A DNA stretch of 63,819 nt, filler included, from Theionarchaea archaeon (lineage in GTDB: Archaea; Methanobacteriota_B; Thermococci; Methanofastidiosales; SZ-28-30): assembly GCA_018992565.1 (NCBI GenBank). It is 3 parts of 3 records of this genome, joined end to end, with 100 filler letters (N's around TTAATTAATTAA, not from the genome) between each part and the next. Parts side by side here need not be neighbours in the genome. Positions count along the whole stretch, not along the records: positions 1 to 22,077 come from JACVGW010000045.1; positions 22,178 to 43,917 come from JACVGW010000046.1; 1 more part is not named here. One strand, 5' to 3'. Positions 20,174-29,858 of this stretch are shown here, one piece after another. The translations under genes and the position numbers were made by a program. The notes under the pieces were generated by a model that searched no databases, was not told where the DNA came from, and worked only from the letters and a program-made list of their open reading frames with translations. Position 1 is the stretch's first letter, and every line of letters starts with the position of its first letter.

Positions 20174-20647
20174 ATGGGGTTATTCGACCAGCTGGCAATA
20201 AGAGATTCGATAGAGATAAGAACAACGCCCGAAAAGATTTGGGAATTCTTCTACAACCTTGAACAGAATTACACGAGCTGGCATCCTGAACATGTGGTAT
20301 TCAAGTGGACGGAGGGACCCCCAATGGAATCGGGTTCTGCCTGGTATGCTGAAGAGGTTTCTCTGGGGAAGTTGAAAAAGCTCAAAGGGACTATCGATGA
20401 AGTCATTCCAAACAGGAAAATCGTATTCAAGAATGTTTTCCCGGTATCTCTGGTTTCACCGAGGTTTGAATGGCACATTGAACCCACGGGTTCAAACTCG
20501 GTCTTCACTGCCATCAACTATCTGAGGGCTGAAGGATTGTATCGTACGATTGCCAGGGAGACAATGGAAACTGCAATTAAGGCTTCCAGGAAGCATATGA
20601 AAGAAGAAGGAGAGAACCTCAGGAAGATACTGGAACATCAAGAGTAA
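20174..20647 (+). CDS. SRPBCC/START-domain protein
   Basis: IEIRTTPEKIWEFF..WHPEH; C-terminal helix ENLRKILE. Confidence 0.85.
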   Translation: MGLFDQLAIRDSIEIRTTPEKIWEFFYNLEQNYTSWHPEHVVFKWTEGPPMESGSAWYAEEVSLGKLKKLKGTIDEVIPNRKIVFKNVFPVSLVSPRFEWHIEPTGSNSVFTAINYLRAEGLYRTIARETMETAIKASRKHMKEEGENLRKILEHQE

Positions 20648-20679
20648 GTCATTCTCATCTTTTGACAATACTTCCAGCC

Positions 20680-22077
20680 TCAATTACTCTTCTGGTGTTG
20701 CAGATTTTCTTTCTTGAACTTGTATGTGCCCACAACAAAACAGAGTGCCGCTATAACCAAATAACTATACCCCAATGGAGACACAACCCAAAGGACAATG
20801 ACACCACCTGCAGCCCACAACATGCCGGCTACAAGGAAGAATAGTCCCCGTCTCTTTCTGTTCAATCCTACAAATACTACTCCAGCTGAAGAAGTGAGAA
20901 GTATAACAATGAAGGGGGTACCTAATTCTTCCCACAGTGACCTCTTCTCCGGGATGAACTCTTCCTGCAGGACATGTGCTGGCAGCTGCTGTGCCGTGGT
21001 GATGGTACCCTTTCGTACTGCTGCAACAACAGAGTTTACGGCATCTTCTGCAGGAATCCACACATCAGGGGAAAATCCTCTTTCTTCCCTTAATTCTAAA
21101 TTGAGAGGTATATTCAGGCTGATAGGGAGCCTGACTGAAAGGGCAGAATGCGGGAGCTTATGGAGAGTCATCTGCCCAAAGACGAGAGCACCCATAGTAT
21201 TTTCTCCTACAAGAACAACGTTTTCCACCTGCTGGAGATAAATAAGGAATCCCTCTGCAGCAGAGGCAACACTGCCATTTATCACAACAATCAAGGTGGT
21301 ATCACTGGGGATAGCTCTAGAACTCTCAGAAAAGGGGCCTGTCCAGTGGGGATTCATGTACTTGTTCTCGAAGGCTTCCGCCTGTGCTTCAAAATGTTCA
21401 AGATCTGTGTGATATGTGTAGGTATCTGGATAGAGGTCCAAAAGGTATTCAAAATAGTTGTGACGCCCCATCATCGTTGTCTTGCTGATGAATTCAGTGA
21501 AATAGCGATTGCTGGATGGTTCCTGGCCAGTGAATCGTGTTACCCATTTTTTTGGCCACTGTTCATTACCGCCTCCATTACCTCGCAGATCAATGATGAG
21601 ACACGGGGCTCCTCTATACTTTTGAGCAGTTGAAAGAAACGTCGTGAGGTAATCACTGTGATGATCAGAAAAGGAACGGATACGTACCACAGGGATTCCA
21701 CCTACTGTATCCTCCTGAAAGATATCTCTCGAAAAAGAGTCGAAATCAGAACGAGATAACACGACCTGGAACTGGGTCTGCTCCTGGCCATGCTGCGCTA
21801 CCACCACGACAGGGGAAGGGGAGGATTGTGAAAGTGTTCCTATCCTGTAAATGGGGTCTCCTCCTGCATTGAGAGAGGGGAATATGTATTCATCTGGGCA
21901 TTCTCCATTAATTGACACAATGCTGTATGTGGTACCATCCAAAATGAAAGAGTACGCTCCCTGAGCTTTCCATAATTCAAGATCTGTGTCATACCAGAAA
22001 TGCTTGTGATCCCCGTATGTGTACTCTCCTATTCTGAGATGGCAGTCATGAATAAAGGCAAGGTTATCATGTATCAA
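20680..22077 (-). CDS. S41-family peptidase with C-terminal TM helices, 5' truncated
   Basis: IIDLRGNGGG, ASAAE (catalytic Ser), VGENTMG, GFSPDVW. Confidence 0.88.
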   Translation of the reverse strand: MIHDNLAFIHDCHLRIGEYTYGDHKHFWYDTDLELWKAQGAYSFILDGTTYSIVSINGECPDEYIFPSLNAGGDPIYRIGTLSQSSPSPVVVVAQHGQEQTQFQVVLSRSDFDSFSRDIFQEDTVGGIPVVRIRSFSDHHSDYLTTFLSTAQKYRGAPCLIIDLRGNGGGNEQWPKKWVTRFTGQEPSSNRYFTEFISKTTMMGRHNYFEYLLDLYPDTYTYHTDLEHFEAQAEAFENKYMNPHWTGPFSESSRAIPSDTTLIVVINGSVASAAEGFLIYLQQVENVVLVGENTMGALVFGQMTLHKLPHSALSVRLPISLNIPLNLELREERGFSPDVWIPAEDAVNSVVAAVRKGTITTAQQLPAHVLQEEFIPEKRSLWEELGTPFIVILLTSSAGVVFVGLNRKRRGLFFLVAGMLWAAGGVIVLWVVSPLGYSYLVIAALCFVVGTYKFKKENLQHQKSN

Positions 22078-22177
22078 NNNNNNNNNNNNNNNNNNNNNNN
22101 NNNNNNNNNNNNNNNNNNNNNTTAATTAATTAANNNNNNNNNNNNNNNNNNNNNNNNNNNNNNNNNNNNNNNNNNNN
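22078..22177. other. Artificial scaffold linker (N...TTAATTAATTAA...N)
   Basis: Six-frame-stop 12-mer at 22122-22133 inside Ns. Confidence 0.95.
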
Positions 22178-22276
22178 TCAAAGGCGCTGGACTTAAGATC
22201 ACAGAAAAAGGGTTTAAGCCTTTGATAAGAAATCCAGTTCAGAAGTGATGCGTGGGTTCAAATCCCATCCCCCGCA
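22178..22276 (+). tRNA. tRNA-Leu(TAA) with a 34-nt canonical 37/38 intron (22198-22231); 5' end lost in gap
   Basis: Anticodon stem CTGGA/TCCAG with anticodon TAA at 22194-22196. BHB motif: CTTA/TAAG helix, two 3-nt bulges, TCA/TGA outer helix. Long variable arm, T-arm GTGGG-TTCAAAT-CCCAT, acceptor CCCCCGC-A. Confidence 0.93.
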
Positions 22277-22745
22277 TACCTTGTTCTGATTTGGCTGCAT
22301 CTCAAGTAAACAGCAGGTGGATTCGTTCCTGGCATTTTAGGTTTTCAAAAAGAAAAGCAGACCCAAACCATAAGAAGTCACATCCTCTATTTGATATAAC
22401 ACTGCTGCCCCCACAAAGATCCCCTTTCAGGGGCTGTGATGTGGGTTTCCCATCCGAGTCTACGCTTCACCCTTCGATTAGTCCGCAGTTTGCATACTTC
22501 AATGGCAGGGTGTGCACTGTGAAGCGTTCCGAAGGCCACCTTCAAGTTGTCGTTCTCTCTTAAAGCTTATTTGAATGGTAAAAGACAAAACCTAGATAAG
22601 TGTCATTAACGCACATATCCTCTTTTCTGGAAAATCGTGAGAATCACAAACCTGCGTACAATTAACCCTGATCTGTCTCCTCTTCATGTCGCAGATTGGG
22701 AAACAGCACCAAACCTATATAAGCCCTTTCGACAGAATCATTCTG

Positions 22746-24149
22746 ATGGATATCTGCGAAAAGTATCTGCAGGATGCACGAAGAGCCCTCAAGAGTTCAA
22801 TGTTTTCAAAGCCCGACCCTGTGGAAGCTATTAGAAGCTATGAAGGAGCTGCCCAATGTTTTGAGAACGCCCGCAACTTTGAGAGGGCAGCTGAGTGCTA
22901 CGTGGAGACTGCTGAAATGGTACAGCGTCAGGATCCATTGAAGGCGGCTGAGATGCATGAGAGAGCAGCTGCTTGCATGGAACGAGCAGGAGCTTCTCCC
23001 AAAGAGTATTACCTCCGCGCAGCCGACGTTTTTAAAGATCATGCCGTTACTATCTACAGGGACAATCCTGATAAAGGACTCCAGTTGCTCCAGAGAGCAG
23101 CGGATGACTTTGAAAAGGGAGGGGACACTGATACAGCTGTTCAGTGCTATGAAGTCGGAGCTAAGGCATCATTGAACCGGAAGGACTATTTGAATGCAGT
23201 GGTATTTTATGGTATTGCAGGCCAGCACTTTGAAAAACGTAAAGAGTATAAGAAGGCAGTAAAATACTACCATGAGGTAGCAAAACTTTGGGATATCCAA
23301 AAAGTGCCCGAAAATGTGGCTGAAAACTATCTGAGAATGGCTTCATGTCTGGAAGCGCTCAAAGAGTTGAAATATGCCAGTCAATTCTATACAAATGCAG
23401 GAGAGAAGTACGAACAGGCCCGTGAGATATACAAGGCTGCCAAAGCACATGAAAAAGCGGCGGAATCAAGAGAATCGGAGGAAGGTTTTCTAGATGCATC
23501 TCAATCTTATAAGACGGCCGCCGAATTAATAAAATCCTTGAAAAACATGGAGAAGTTCGAGGAACTCTATGGCAAGGCAGCTGACTGCTACGTGAAGGCA
23601 GGAAAACCGTCTGAAGCAGTTGAGCTGCGGCTGGCACTGACAGAGATCTTTGCTGATGATTCGTACCGGTGCAGCAAGCACTTCGAGAAAGCCATAGCGT
23701 CTGTTGAAGATGATCCTCATTTGAAGGGTGAACTTTTGCGGAAACAGGGAGATGTTCTCCTTGGTATCCATGACTACCTGAGAGCAGCCAGGAGTTACAA
23801 GGAGGGTGCTGAACTTCTGGAACGTATGGGGGAACCTGCCAAAGATGCCTTCAAGAAGGCTGGAGACAGCTACGTTCTCTATTTCAAAAGCATGGCCAAG
23901 GTAAAGAACCAGGAAATGATGCAGGAAGGACAGGAAAGTGCTGCCTATTGCTACGAGAAGGCTGGGCTGACAGAAGAGGTAGAAAAAGTTCGTCAGCAGG
24001 CCAGGCCTGACACGAAGGAACGTGAGAAGCAGATCGCAGAAGAGCTAGAAAGGTTGCGAGAGGACTTTGAGAAAGGTCTGCTCAATCGCTTGCACTACCA
24101 GCAAATACGAGAAGCGTATCAAGACCTCCTGAAAAACCTCAAGCAGTAA
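22746..24149 (+). CDS. TPR/alpha-SNAP-like repeat protein with SHOCT-like C-terminus
   Basis: Repeated A..Y..AA..F/Y helices (FERAAECYVETAE, KAAEMHERAA). TATATAA about 24 nt upstream suggests a leaderless ATG at 22746. Confidence 0.75.
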   Translation: MDICEKYLQDARRALKSSMFSKPDPVEAIRSYEGAAQCFENARNFERAAECYVETAEMVQRQDPLKAAEMHERAAACMERAGASPKEYYLRAADVFKDHAVTIYRDNPDKGLQLLQRAADDFEKGGDTDTAVQCYEVGAKASLNRKDYLNAVVFYGIAGQHFEKRKEYKKAVKYYHEVAKLWDIQKVPENVAENYLRMASCLEALKELKYASQFYTNAGEKYEQAREIYKAAKAHEKAAESRESEEGFLDASQSYKTAAELIKSLKNMEKFEELYGKAADCYVKAGKPSEAVELRLALTEIFADDSYRCSKHFEKAIASVEDDPHLKGELLRKQGDVLLGIHDYLRAARSYKEGAELLERMGEPAKDAFKKAGDSYVLYFKSMAKVKNQEMMQEGQESAAYCYEKAGLTEEVEKVRQQARPDTKEREKQIAEELERLREDFEKGLLNRLHYQQIREAYQDLLKNLKQ

Positions 24150-25464
24150 TGCCCATGTCTTCAACTCGCATATGTGGGAGAACCATTCTGGGGAATCGAG
24201 CTCTGTCTTTGGAGATAGCTGTTATCTTGGTGAGGAGTTCATAGACATTTCCGGCTATTGCCACTTCTTTTACTGGATTCTTGATTTCTCCTGAAGAAAT
24301 GAGTTGAGCTCCTTTCAGTGCGCCAGAGAAATCTCCTGAAATGTGATCAGCAGTCCCGCTGAACCGGGGCACCAGCAGTCCTTTTTCGGTTTCTTCAACT
24401 AGAGCATCCACATCGTGCATCCCGGGACTGATGAGGAAATTCGTGATTCCAATTTTTGGAGTCTCCCTGAAGGTGCCTATTGCATTCCCCGTAGACACAG
24501 TGGTTTCTCTGTGAGCAGCAAGGGCGTCATACAGGAACGTGGTGAGAACACCTCGTTCAACCAGGGTTACAGCTTGATGAGGAGAACCTTCTCTATCAAA
24601 TGCACTGGAATTAAAGTCTCCCTTCACGGTAGCATCATCCTTGATGGTCACCACCTCAGATGTGAGAACGTCTCCCTTCCTTCCTGCAAGCACAGACTGT
24701 CCTCTCTGTGCATTGTTGGCATTGAGAGCAGAGATGAGGGGGTCCCCAACAAGAGCAGAAACAGCATCAGGGCCCAAAATGATGTCACCTCGAAACGGCT
24801 CCACTTTCTGGGGAGAGAGGTTGGCTGCTGCCCGATGGCTCAATTCACTTCCTGAATCTTCCACGTATATGTCTCTTACCCGAGGCGTACATCCATACAC
24901 GTATTCAAATGATCCCACATCTCTGTTTTTTCTTGCGATTCCAATCATATACCAGGAAACAGCAGATTTCTTCTCTATAGCAGAAATACCTCGGGAGGTA
25001 CATACTGCCTGGGTTCGAAGGGTTACATTGAATTCCCCGCTGTCTACAGTGACTTGAGGATCTTCTGCTGCAGCGTGTATCATCCGCTGCGCAGCAGAAA
25101 TGGCGTCTTCTTCACTGAAGGAAAGCATTTCATCATCAAACAATCCCTCTATTTCAGGATAACTGCCCGGAACAGCCAATGGACTCCAGAGAAGTGGATT
25201 ACTCCTCTTGGACATCTTTACGGACGTTTCTACTGCCTCTGTGATGGCAGCAAAGTCTAGTGTGTTACAGCATGAAAATCCCACACTCCGATCCACTACC
25301 GTCCTCACTCCGATACCTGCTGATTTCTGCTTAATGCAAAGCATTATATCATTTCTTTCTACTGTAACAATAATCTCCTGTCTTTCCACACCATATACCT
25401 CTCCCTCAGCACCTTTTTTTTCACAAAGAACTAGAGTTTTTTCCAAAGTGTCCTGCATATCCAT
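24139..25464 (-). CDS. pmbA: TldE/PmbA-family protein
   Basis: GIGVRTV, FDREGSP, STGNA, SGDFSG, IAGNVYELL; directly downstream of tldD. Confidence 0.9.
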   Translation of the reverse strand: MDMQDTLEKTLVLCEKKGAEGEVYGVERQEIIVTVERNDIMLCIKQKSAGIGVRTVVDRSVGFSCCNTLDFAAITEAVETSVKMSKRSNPLLWSPLAVPGSYPEIEGLFDDEMLSFSEEDAISAAQRMIHAAAEDPQVTVDSGEFNVTLRTQAVCTSRGISAIEKKSAVSWYMIGIARKNRDVGSFEYVYGCTPRVRDIYVEDSGSELSHRAAANLSPQKVEPFRGDIILGPDAVSALVGDPLISALNANNAQRGQSVLAGRKGDVLTSEVVTIKDDATVKGDFNSSAFDREGSPHQAVTLVERGVLTTFLYDALAAHRETTVSTGNAIGTFRETPKIGITNFLISPGMHDVDALVEETEKGLLVPRFSGTADHISGDFSGALKGAQLISSGEIKNPVKEVAIAGNVYELLTKITAISKDRARFPRMVLPHMRVEDMGITA

Positions 25465-25465
25465 G

Positions 25466-26830
25466 CTATCGCCCTCCAACCAAGACCTGGCAGCGCAGCA
25501 GAGGACCACCTCCATCCACCTTTGCCAGCTGCTGCTTTCCGCATGCCCCAAATCCCATGTCAAACACCACTCTTGAACCTGCAGCATCAACTGTTCCAAG
25601 TACATCGAAGGCATTTCCTGTCATAGATACGCTGCGCAGCAATTCCTTCTCTTCCCCTCCGTCAATGGTGTAGGCTTCCTTTACCTGAAACATGAATTCT
25701 CCATTGGAGTCTGCCTGACCTGATCCCGCTCCCTTCAACATATATCCCGTTTTGGTGTCTTGGAGAATTTCTTCCTCTTTCCAATCTCCTTTTTGAATAT
25801 ACGTATTTCTCATCCTGATCAAGGGCTCAAAATCATACTCCCACGCCCGCGCATTGCCGGTGGGCTCTGTGTCCATGAGATATGCTGTCTCTCTGTTATG
25901 CATGAAGTTTCTCAAGAATCCGTGGTCTATCAACACAACATCTCGGCACTCAACACCTTCATCATCCACGGGAGTCCATCCCCCTGCATGGGTCTGGCCA
26001 GAGTCTATCATAGTCACCAGCTCTGACGCCACCTTCTCACCTACCAGATCTTTGGTTACAGCACCACTCAGAGCAAAATCTGCTTCCATAGTATGACCCA
26101 CTGCTTCGTGACATAAGAGCCCGACCAGCCCGTGATCCAGGATCACTGTGGTTTTTCCCCCTTTGGGATAGTGTGCGTTCATCAGCTCCTTAGCTGTATT
26201 CACAGCTTTATCTACCATCAATTCGGGCGACCGCTCAATTATGATCTCCCATCCTCCAGTATTACCCACTGCGTCTGTGTAGGAAACCAGGTTACTCCCT
26301 GTACCTGCTACTGCACCAACGTAGAATTGCACTTTGGAATCTGTGACAAGAGCATGCGACCCGTGAGATGTGATGACTTCCTTGCTGTCAACCAGTTCCT
26401 GATAGTGAATGAAAGAGCTCTTGATTTTCTCATGTGAGAGGACTGCAGTGTCTGTGCTCTTGCAGAGGTCAATCTTCTCTTCAAGGCTGTGGTCTAGGAC
26501 TGAATCTTGAACGCGAGCTTCAAAGGTGCCAGTTACAGGGACAGCCTCTTTCAGGTAGGTCTGTTGATTCTTCTTCCTGGAAGCAGCCTCAGCCATTTCC
26601 ACTGCTACGCACAATGCGTCATGGAGAGCCTTCCCCTCGGTGGAATTCACAGATGAGAAGCCCCACGCACCGAGATGAAGAACCCGAATACCCACTCCAG
26701 AATATAGTTCACTGGTAATATCTTCAAATTCACCCTTTCGAATGGTAATCTGGTTCTTCTTTCTCTGATGGAAGCGGGCCTCCGTGTAGTTTGCAGGTGA
26801 TGTATCCACCACTCTTTCCAGTGCATCCAT
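25466..26830 (-). CDS. tldD: TldD-family metalloprotease
   Basis: HEAVGHTMEAD, DDEGV, TGNARA, IRMRNTY, CGK.Q. Confidence 0.95.
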   Translation of the reverse strand: MDALERVVDTSPANYTEARFHQRKKNQITIRKGEFEDITSELYSGVGIRVLHLGAWGFSSVNSTEGKALHDALCVAVEMAEAASRKKNQQTYLKEAVPVTGTFEARVQDSVLDHSLEEKIDLCKSTDTAVLSHEKIKSSFIHYQELVDSKEVITSHGSHALVTDSKVQFYVGAVAGTGSNLVSYTDAVGNTGGWEIIIERSPELMVDKAVNTAKELMNAHYPKGGKTTVILDHGLVGLLCHEAVGHTMEADFALSGAVTKDLVGEKVASELVTMIDSGQTHAGGWTPVDDEGVECRDVVLIDHGFLRNFMHNRETAYLMDTEPTGNARAWEYDFEPLIRMRNTYIQKGDWKEEEILQDTKTGYMLKGAGSGQADSNGEFMFQVKEAYTIDGGEEKELLRSVSMTGNAFDVLGTVDAAGSRVVFDMGFGACGKQQLAKVDGGGPLLRCQVLVGGR

Positions 26831-26877
26831 GTGGTAAGGGAGTACCATCGGGTATAAAACATTTGTGATGACTGTTG

Positions 26878-28350
26878 TTACTGCCCAACTCGTGCCAGTA
26901 CTGACTCTATCACATTTCTGAGTTCAGTCACCTGGAAGGGTTTGATAATGCACTCGTCCACCCCTGGCGGTGGGGAGCGGATTTCTTCAGAGTCTTCTTC
27001 AGGAACCAGGAGTACAACAGGGATCTTACGTGTGGCTGCATCAGCTTTGAGCTGGGAGCACACCTCAATTCCATTCATTCTGGGGAGTGTTAGATTGAGC
27101 ACGATGACGCTGGGGTTTTGATGTGCCTTCTTTACCACATCGTAACCATCTTGAGCATCCAGTATCTCATACTCAGGTTCCAGTTCATACTTGAGGGAGA
27201 GCAGGGATTCAAGCTTTTCTTCCCCAATGAGAAGTCTGGGTTTCTCCTTCTTCACAGGAGATGTCTTGAACACCAGCATGTTTTCCGCCACTTCCAGTGA
27301 AAGGACTAGACTTGCCTGCTGCAAAATCTCGGTGAGGATCCCTCCTAACTTTCTCGCAGACCCAGGATCGTCATACGAGTGAAAGAAGACTATTCTGTTG
27401 TCCTCAAGTTCCATCTTCTCGTAAAGGTGAGCAATTTTGTTTATTTCATCCAAAGCCTGAAGAAATTCCTCTGGGGGAAGCTCAGAGATAGACTTTCCTT
27501 TGTGTCTCTGAATGAGCTTGAGGAAAAACAGAGAGAACTGCCCGCTGAGCAAGTCTTCCATGTACTCTGCAGGAAAAACAGCAACATCGTAGTTGAACTC
27601 CTGGACCAGCACGGCCAGTCCTGAAAGCAGTGCTCTTCTCTTCTGAAAAAGTTCATACAGTTCTTTCTGTACATGAAAGGCATTTTCCAGGTTCACTGCT
27701 GCTTCTTTCTGGGACGAACACTTCTTGAACGTGATAGTGACCAGAGGAAGGTACTCCTCCAGCTTCATTACAGCGTAGGGGGGATCCTGGAAAGCCAGTC
27801 TTACAGCCAGAACCATCTGGGCCAGGCGGTTGATCTCGGGATCGAGTCCGCTGAAGCTCACCACCAGCTGCGAATCATTGGGTTTCATTACAATTTTGAC
27901 CTCCCAGCCCAGCTGAGGATATAATTCGTTGAGGAGGGCCTGCCACTGAGTACAGGTTTCTGGAGTGATGGCCAGTGATAGACCTCTGGACTGTGCCAGT
28001 GCATCATGCACTGGAGTGACAAGAGTACTCTTGGGGGGCAAGAATCCATCCAGGAGCCTCAGTCCCCATTGAACCAGAGAGTATGGAAGGAGAATGCCAT
28101 ACCTGTTTTCCACCAGCTCTTGAGGCAGGCTCTTCTTGGGATGCAGTTCGCGGATAGCCTCTTCCGTGGTCCCGAACCGAGAAGTGAGAGTATCTCCCAG
28201 AGCAATGAGCTCTCGTACTGCTGCAGAAAAATTCCCATTATGCTTCTCCAAGATGGGAGTAAGCTTTTGCATGTCCCCTTTTGAGAGAGAAAGCGTTTTC
28301 CTATATGCCATTACACTTATTTCTGCAGGAGCCATTATAAGCTTTTTCAT
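26878..28350 (-). CDS. RHH-like N-terminus plus central unknown domains plus atypical receiver domain
   Basis: RKTLSLS..NGNFSAAVRELI (ribbon-helix-helix-like); C-terminal REC with VIVLNLTLPRMNG..KPF. Start may be ATG 28311. Confidence 0.75.
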   Translation of the reverse strand: MKKLIMAPAEISVMAYRKTLSLSKGDMQKLTPILEKHNGNFSAAVRELIALGDTLTSRFGTTEEAIRELHPKKSLPQELVENRYGILLPYSLVQWGLRLLDGFLPPKSTLVTPVHDALAQSRGLSLAITPETCTQWQALLNELYPQLGWEVKIVMKPNDSQLVVSFSGLDPEINRLAQMVLAVRLAFQDPPYAVMKLEEYLPLVTITFKKCSSQKEAAVNLENAFHVQKELYELFQKRRALLSGLAVLVQEFNYDVAVFPAEYMEDLLSGQFSLFFLKLIQRHKGKSISELPPEEFLQALDEINKIAHLYEKMELEDNRIVFFHSYDDPGSARKLGGILTEILQQASLVLSLEVAENMLVFKTSPVKKEKPRLLIGEEKLESLLSLKYELEPEYEILDAQDGYDVVKKAHQNPSVIVLNLTLPRMNGIEVCSQLKADAATRKIPVVLLVPEEDSEEIRSPPPGVDECIIKPFQVTELRNVIESVLARVGQ

Positions 28351-28397
28351 ACTATGTGTGGTTTGTTATGATATTTTCATACTTCTTGGCGAGACGA

Positions 28398-28423
28398 TCA
28401 TAACCACATTTTTATGGTTATGA
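28398..28423. promoter_or_regulatory. 9-bp inverted repeat flanking a TATA-like element
   Basis: TCATAACCA-cattttta-TGGTTATGA. Confidence 0.5.
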
Positions 28424-28604
28424 CTTCCTATCATTTTCTGAGAACGCGGTTCCTTACCACCGGAAAGGAACTCTGGACGAAAGATGAAGTTCTCCCTCTC
28501 GAGACCAAATCTAAATCCGCGCCGCGAAAAAACGGATCGCCTTAGGCAGGGAAGTTCTATCTTCCCTGTCACTTCTGATTTTTTTTGTTTACTACGAAAG
28601 AATG

Positions 28605-29801
28605 TTATGGTACAATAGACTGTATGACACGATGTAGATGCAAGAGAAGGCTTAAAAGAAAGGCATCATATCTGATTTCTTCCTTCAGCAACAGGACCGC
28701 TTGTTCTCTGACCCATGAGTTCTTCTCGATGGATTTGACAAGCAATTCCTGTCCTATGTCCTTATTAAGAAACAATCTTCTCATGACCCGCCCCCATTTC
28801 ATGTCTGCTCCAATTTTCATGTTAACCCGTCTTTCGTACGCTTTCAAAAATCTTTTTGAAAAATCTCTTTTTTTCAGGGCTTCTGCTGCTACTTCTCCCG
28901 CTATTTTGCCCGAAGTTAGTGCATAGTACAGCCCTCCTCCAGTGGCGTAGGACGTGAATCCTCCTGCATCACCTGCGATCAAGAAATGATCACCATATAC
29001 TGACTTGACTATGCCTGGAAAGGCCAGCAGATGTGATTGTGAGTACACTATCTCAGCTCCTTCCAGTGTTTTTCTTGCAACAGGATGCTGCTGTATGAAC
29101 TTGTCAAGGAGTGGCTTGAGGGTCACTTTCTGAGCTTTCATGATAGACAGCCAGGTAGCATTCCCCACCGTTATCCCACCATGTTTAGGAAAAACCCAGG
29201 TATAGCCCCGTGGAACCCACTGATTTCCGAAGTACATTTCCAGAACGCCCCCTATTCGTTCTTCTACTAATGAATCTTTCAGATTCATCTGGTACTGGAA
29301 GGCTGCAGCCTGATTATCGTCGCCCCCCACGTATAGGCCCATCTTCCTTGCAAAGCTGCATAGAGCACCATCACAAATAATGACAAGGGGGGCACGATAG
29401 ACATGTTCCCCCGCCTTGACACCTTTCAGAGTTCCCTCTTCAATTAAAGGAGATGCAGCTAGATTCTCTTTGATACATGCCCCTGCCTTCTGAGCTTCCT
29501 GCATGAGGTAGTAATCAAAGTCTGCACGATACGCGCTGATACCTGCTCTGGATGGTTGGGAGAGATCTATGATGTTGTTATGAGGAGAGCACAGGCGCAC
29601 TCCATACACGGGCTTCCCTTTGGTGAAATTGATAGAGAATTCTCTCAGTGCAATTTCAGGTATCCCTCCACCACAGGGCTTTTCTCGAATGAGGGGACCT
29701 TTTTCGAAACAGGTGACACTGTATCCCTGTTCAGCCAGAATCCTGGAAGCCATACTTCCCGCAGGTCCCGCCCCAACGACCAAAACGTCTTCCATCATCA
29801 A
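28605..29801 (-). CDS. Geranylgeranyl reductase family FAD oxidoreductase
   Basis: VVGAGPAGS, KPCGGG, RADFD, GYTWVFPK, GDAGG. Confidence 0.92.
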   Translation of the reverse strand: MMMEDVLVVGAGPAGSMASRILAEQGYSVTCFEKGPLIREKPCGGGIPEIALREFSINFTKGKPVYGVRLCSPHNNIIDLSQPSRAGISAYRADFDYYLMQEAQKAGACIKENLAASPLIEEGTLKGVKAGEHVYRAPLVIICDGALCSFARKMGLYVGGDDNQAAAFQYQMNLKDSLVEERIGGVLEMYFGNQWVPRGYTWVFPKHGGITVGNATWLSIMKAQKVTLKPLLDKFIQQHPVARKTLEGAEIVYSQSHLLAFPGIVKSVYGDHFLIAGDAGGFTSYATGGGLYYALTSGKIAGEVAAEALKKRDFSKRFLKAYERRVNMKIGADMKWGRVMRRLFLNKDIGQELLVKSIEKNSWVREQAVLLLKEEIRYDAFLLSLLLHLHRVIQSIVP

Positions 29802-29858
29802 AAGGTGCGACTCAATTATGTGTTAATGATGTGCTGTGCTATGACTGAAAGGTGAACA

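Noticed and set aside
22122..22133. TTAATTAATTAA palindrome (also 43962-43973)
   Set aside because: Embedded in Ns; an artificial six-frame-stop contig linker.
22277..22700. Integrated mobile element at the tRNA 3' end
   Set aside because: No integrase or transposase, and I saw no duplicated tRNA 3' end in the window.
24139..26830. TldD/PmbA as leader peptidase of the RiPP cluster
   Set aside because: On a different scaffold and a ubiquitous housekeeping pair; no linkage evidence.
28456..28548. ACCACCGG and CGCCTTAGGCA resembling a ZTP (pfl) riboswitch
   Set aside because: The GACUGGCG pseudoknot partner is missing and there is no suitable downstream gene.
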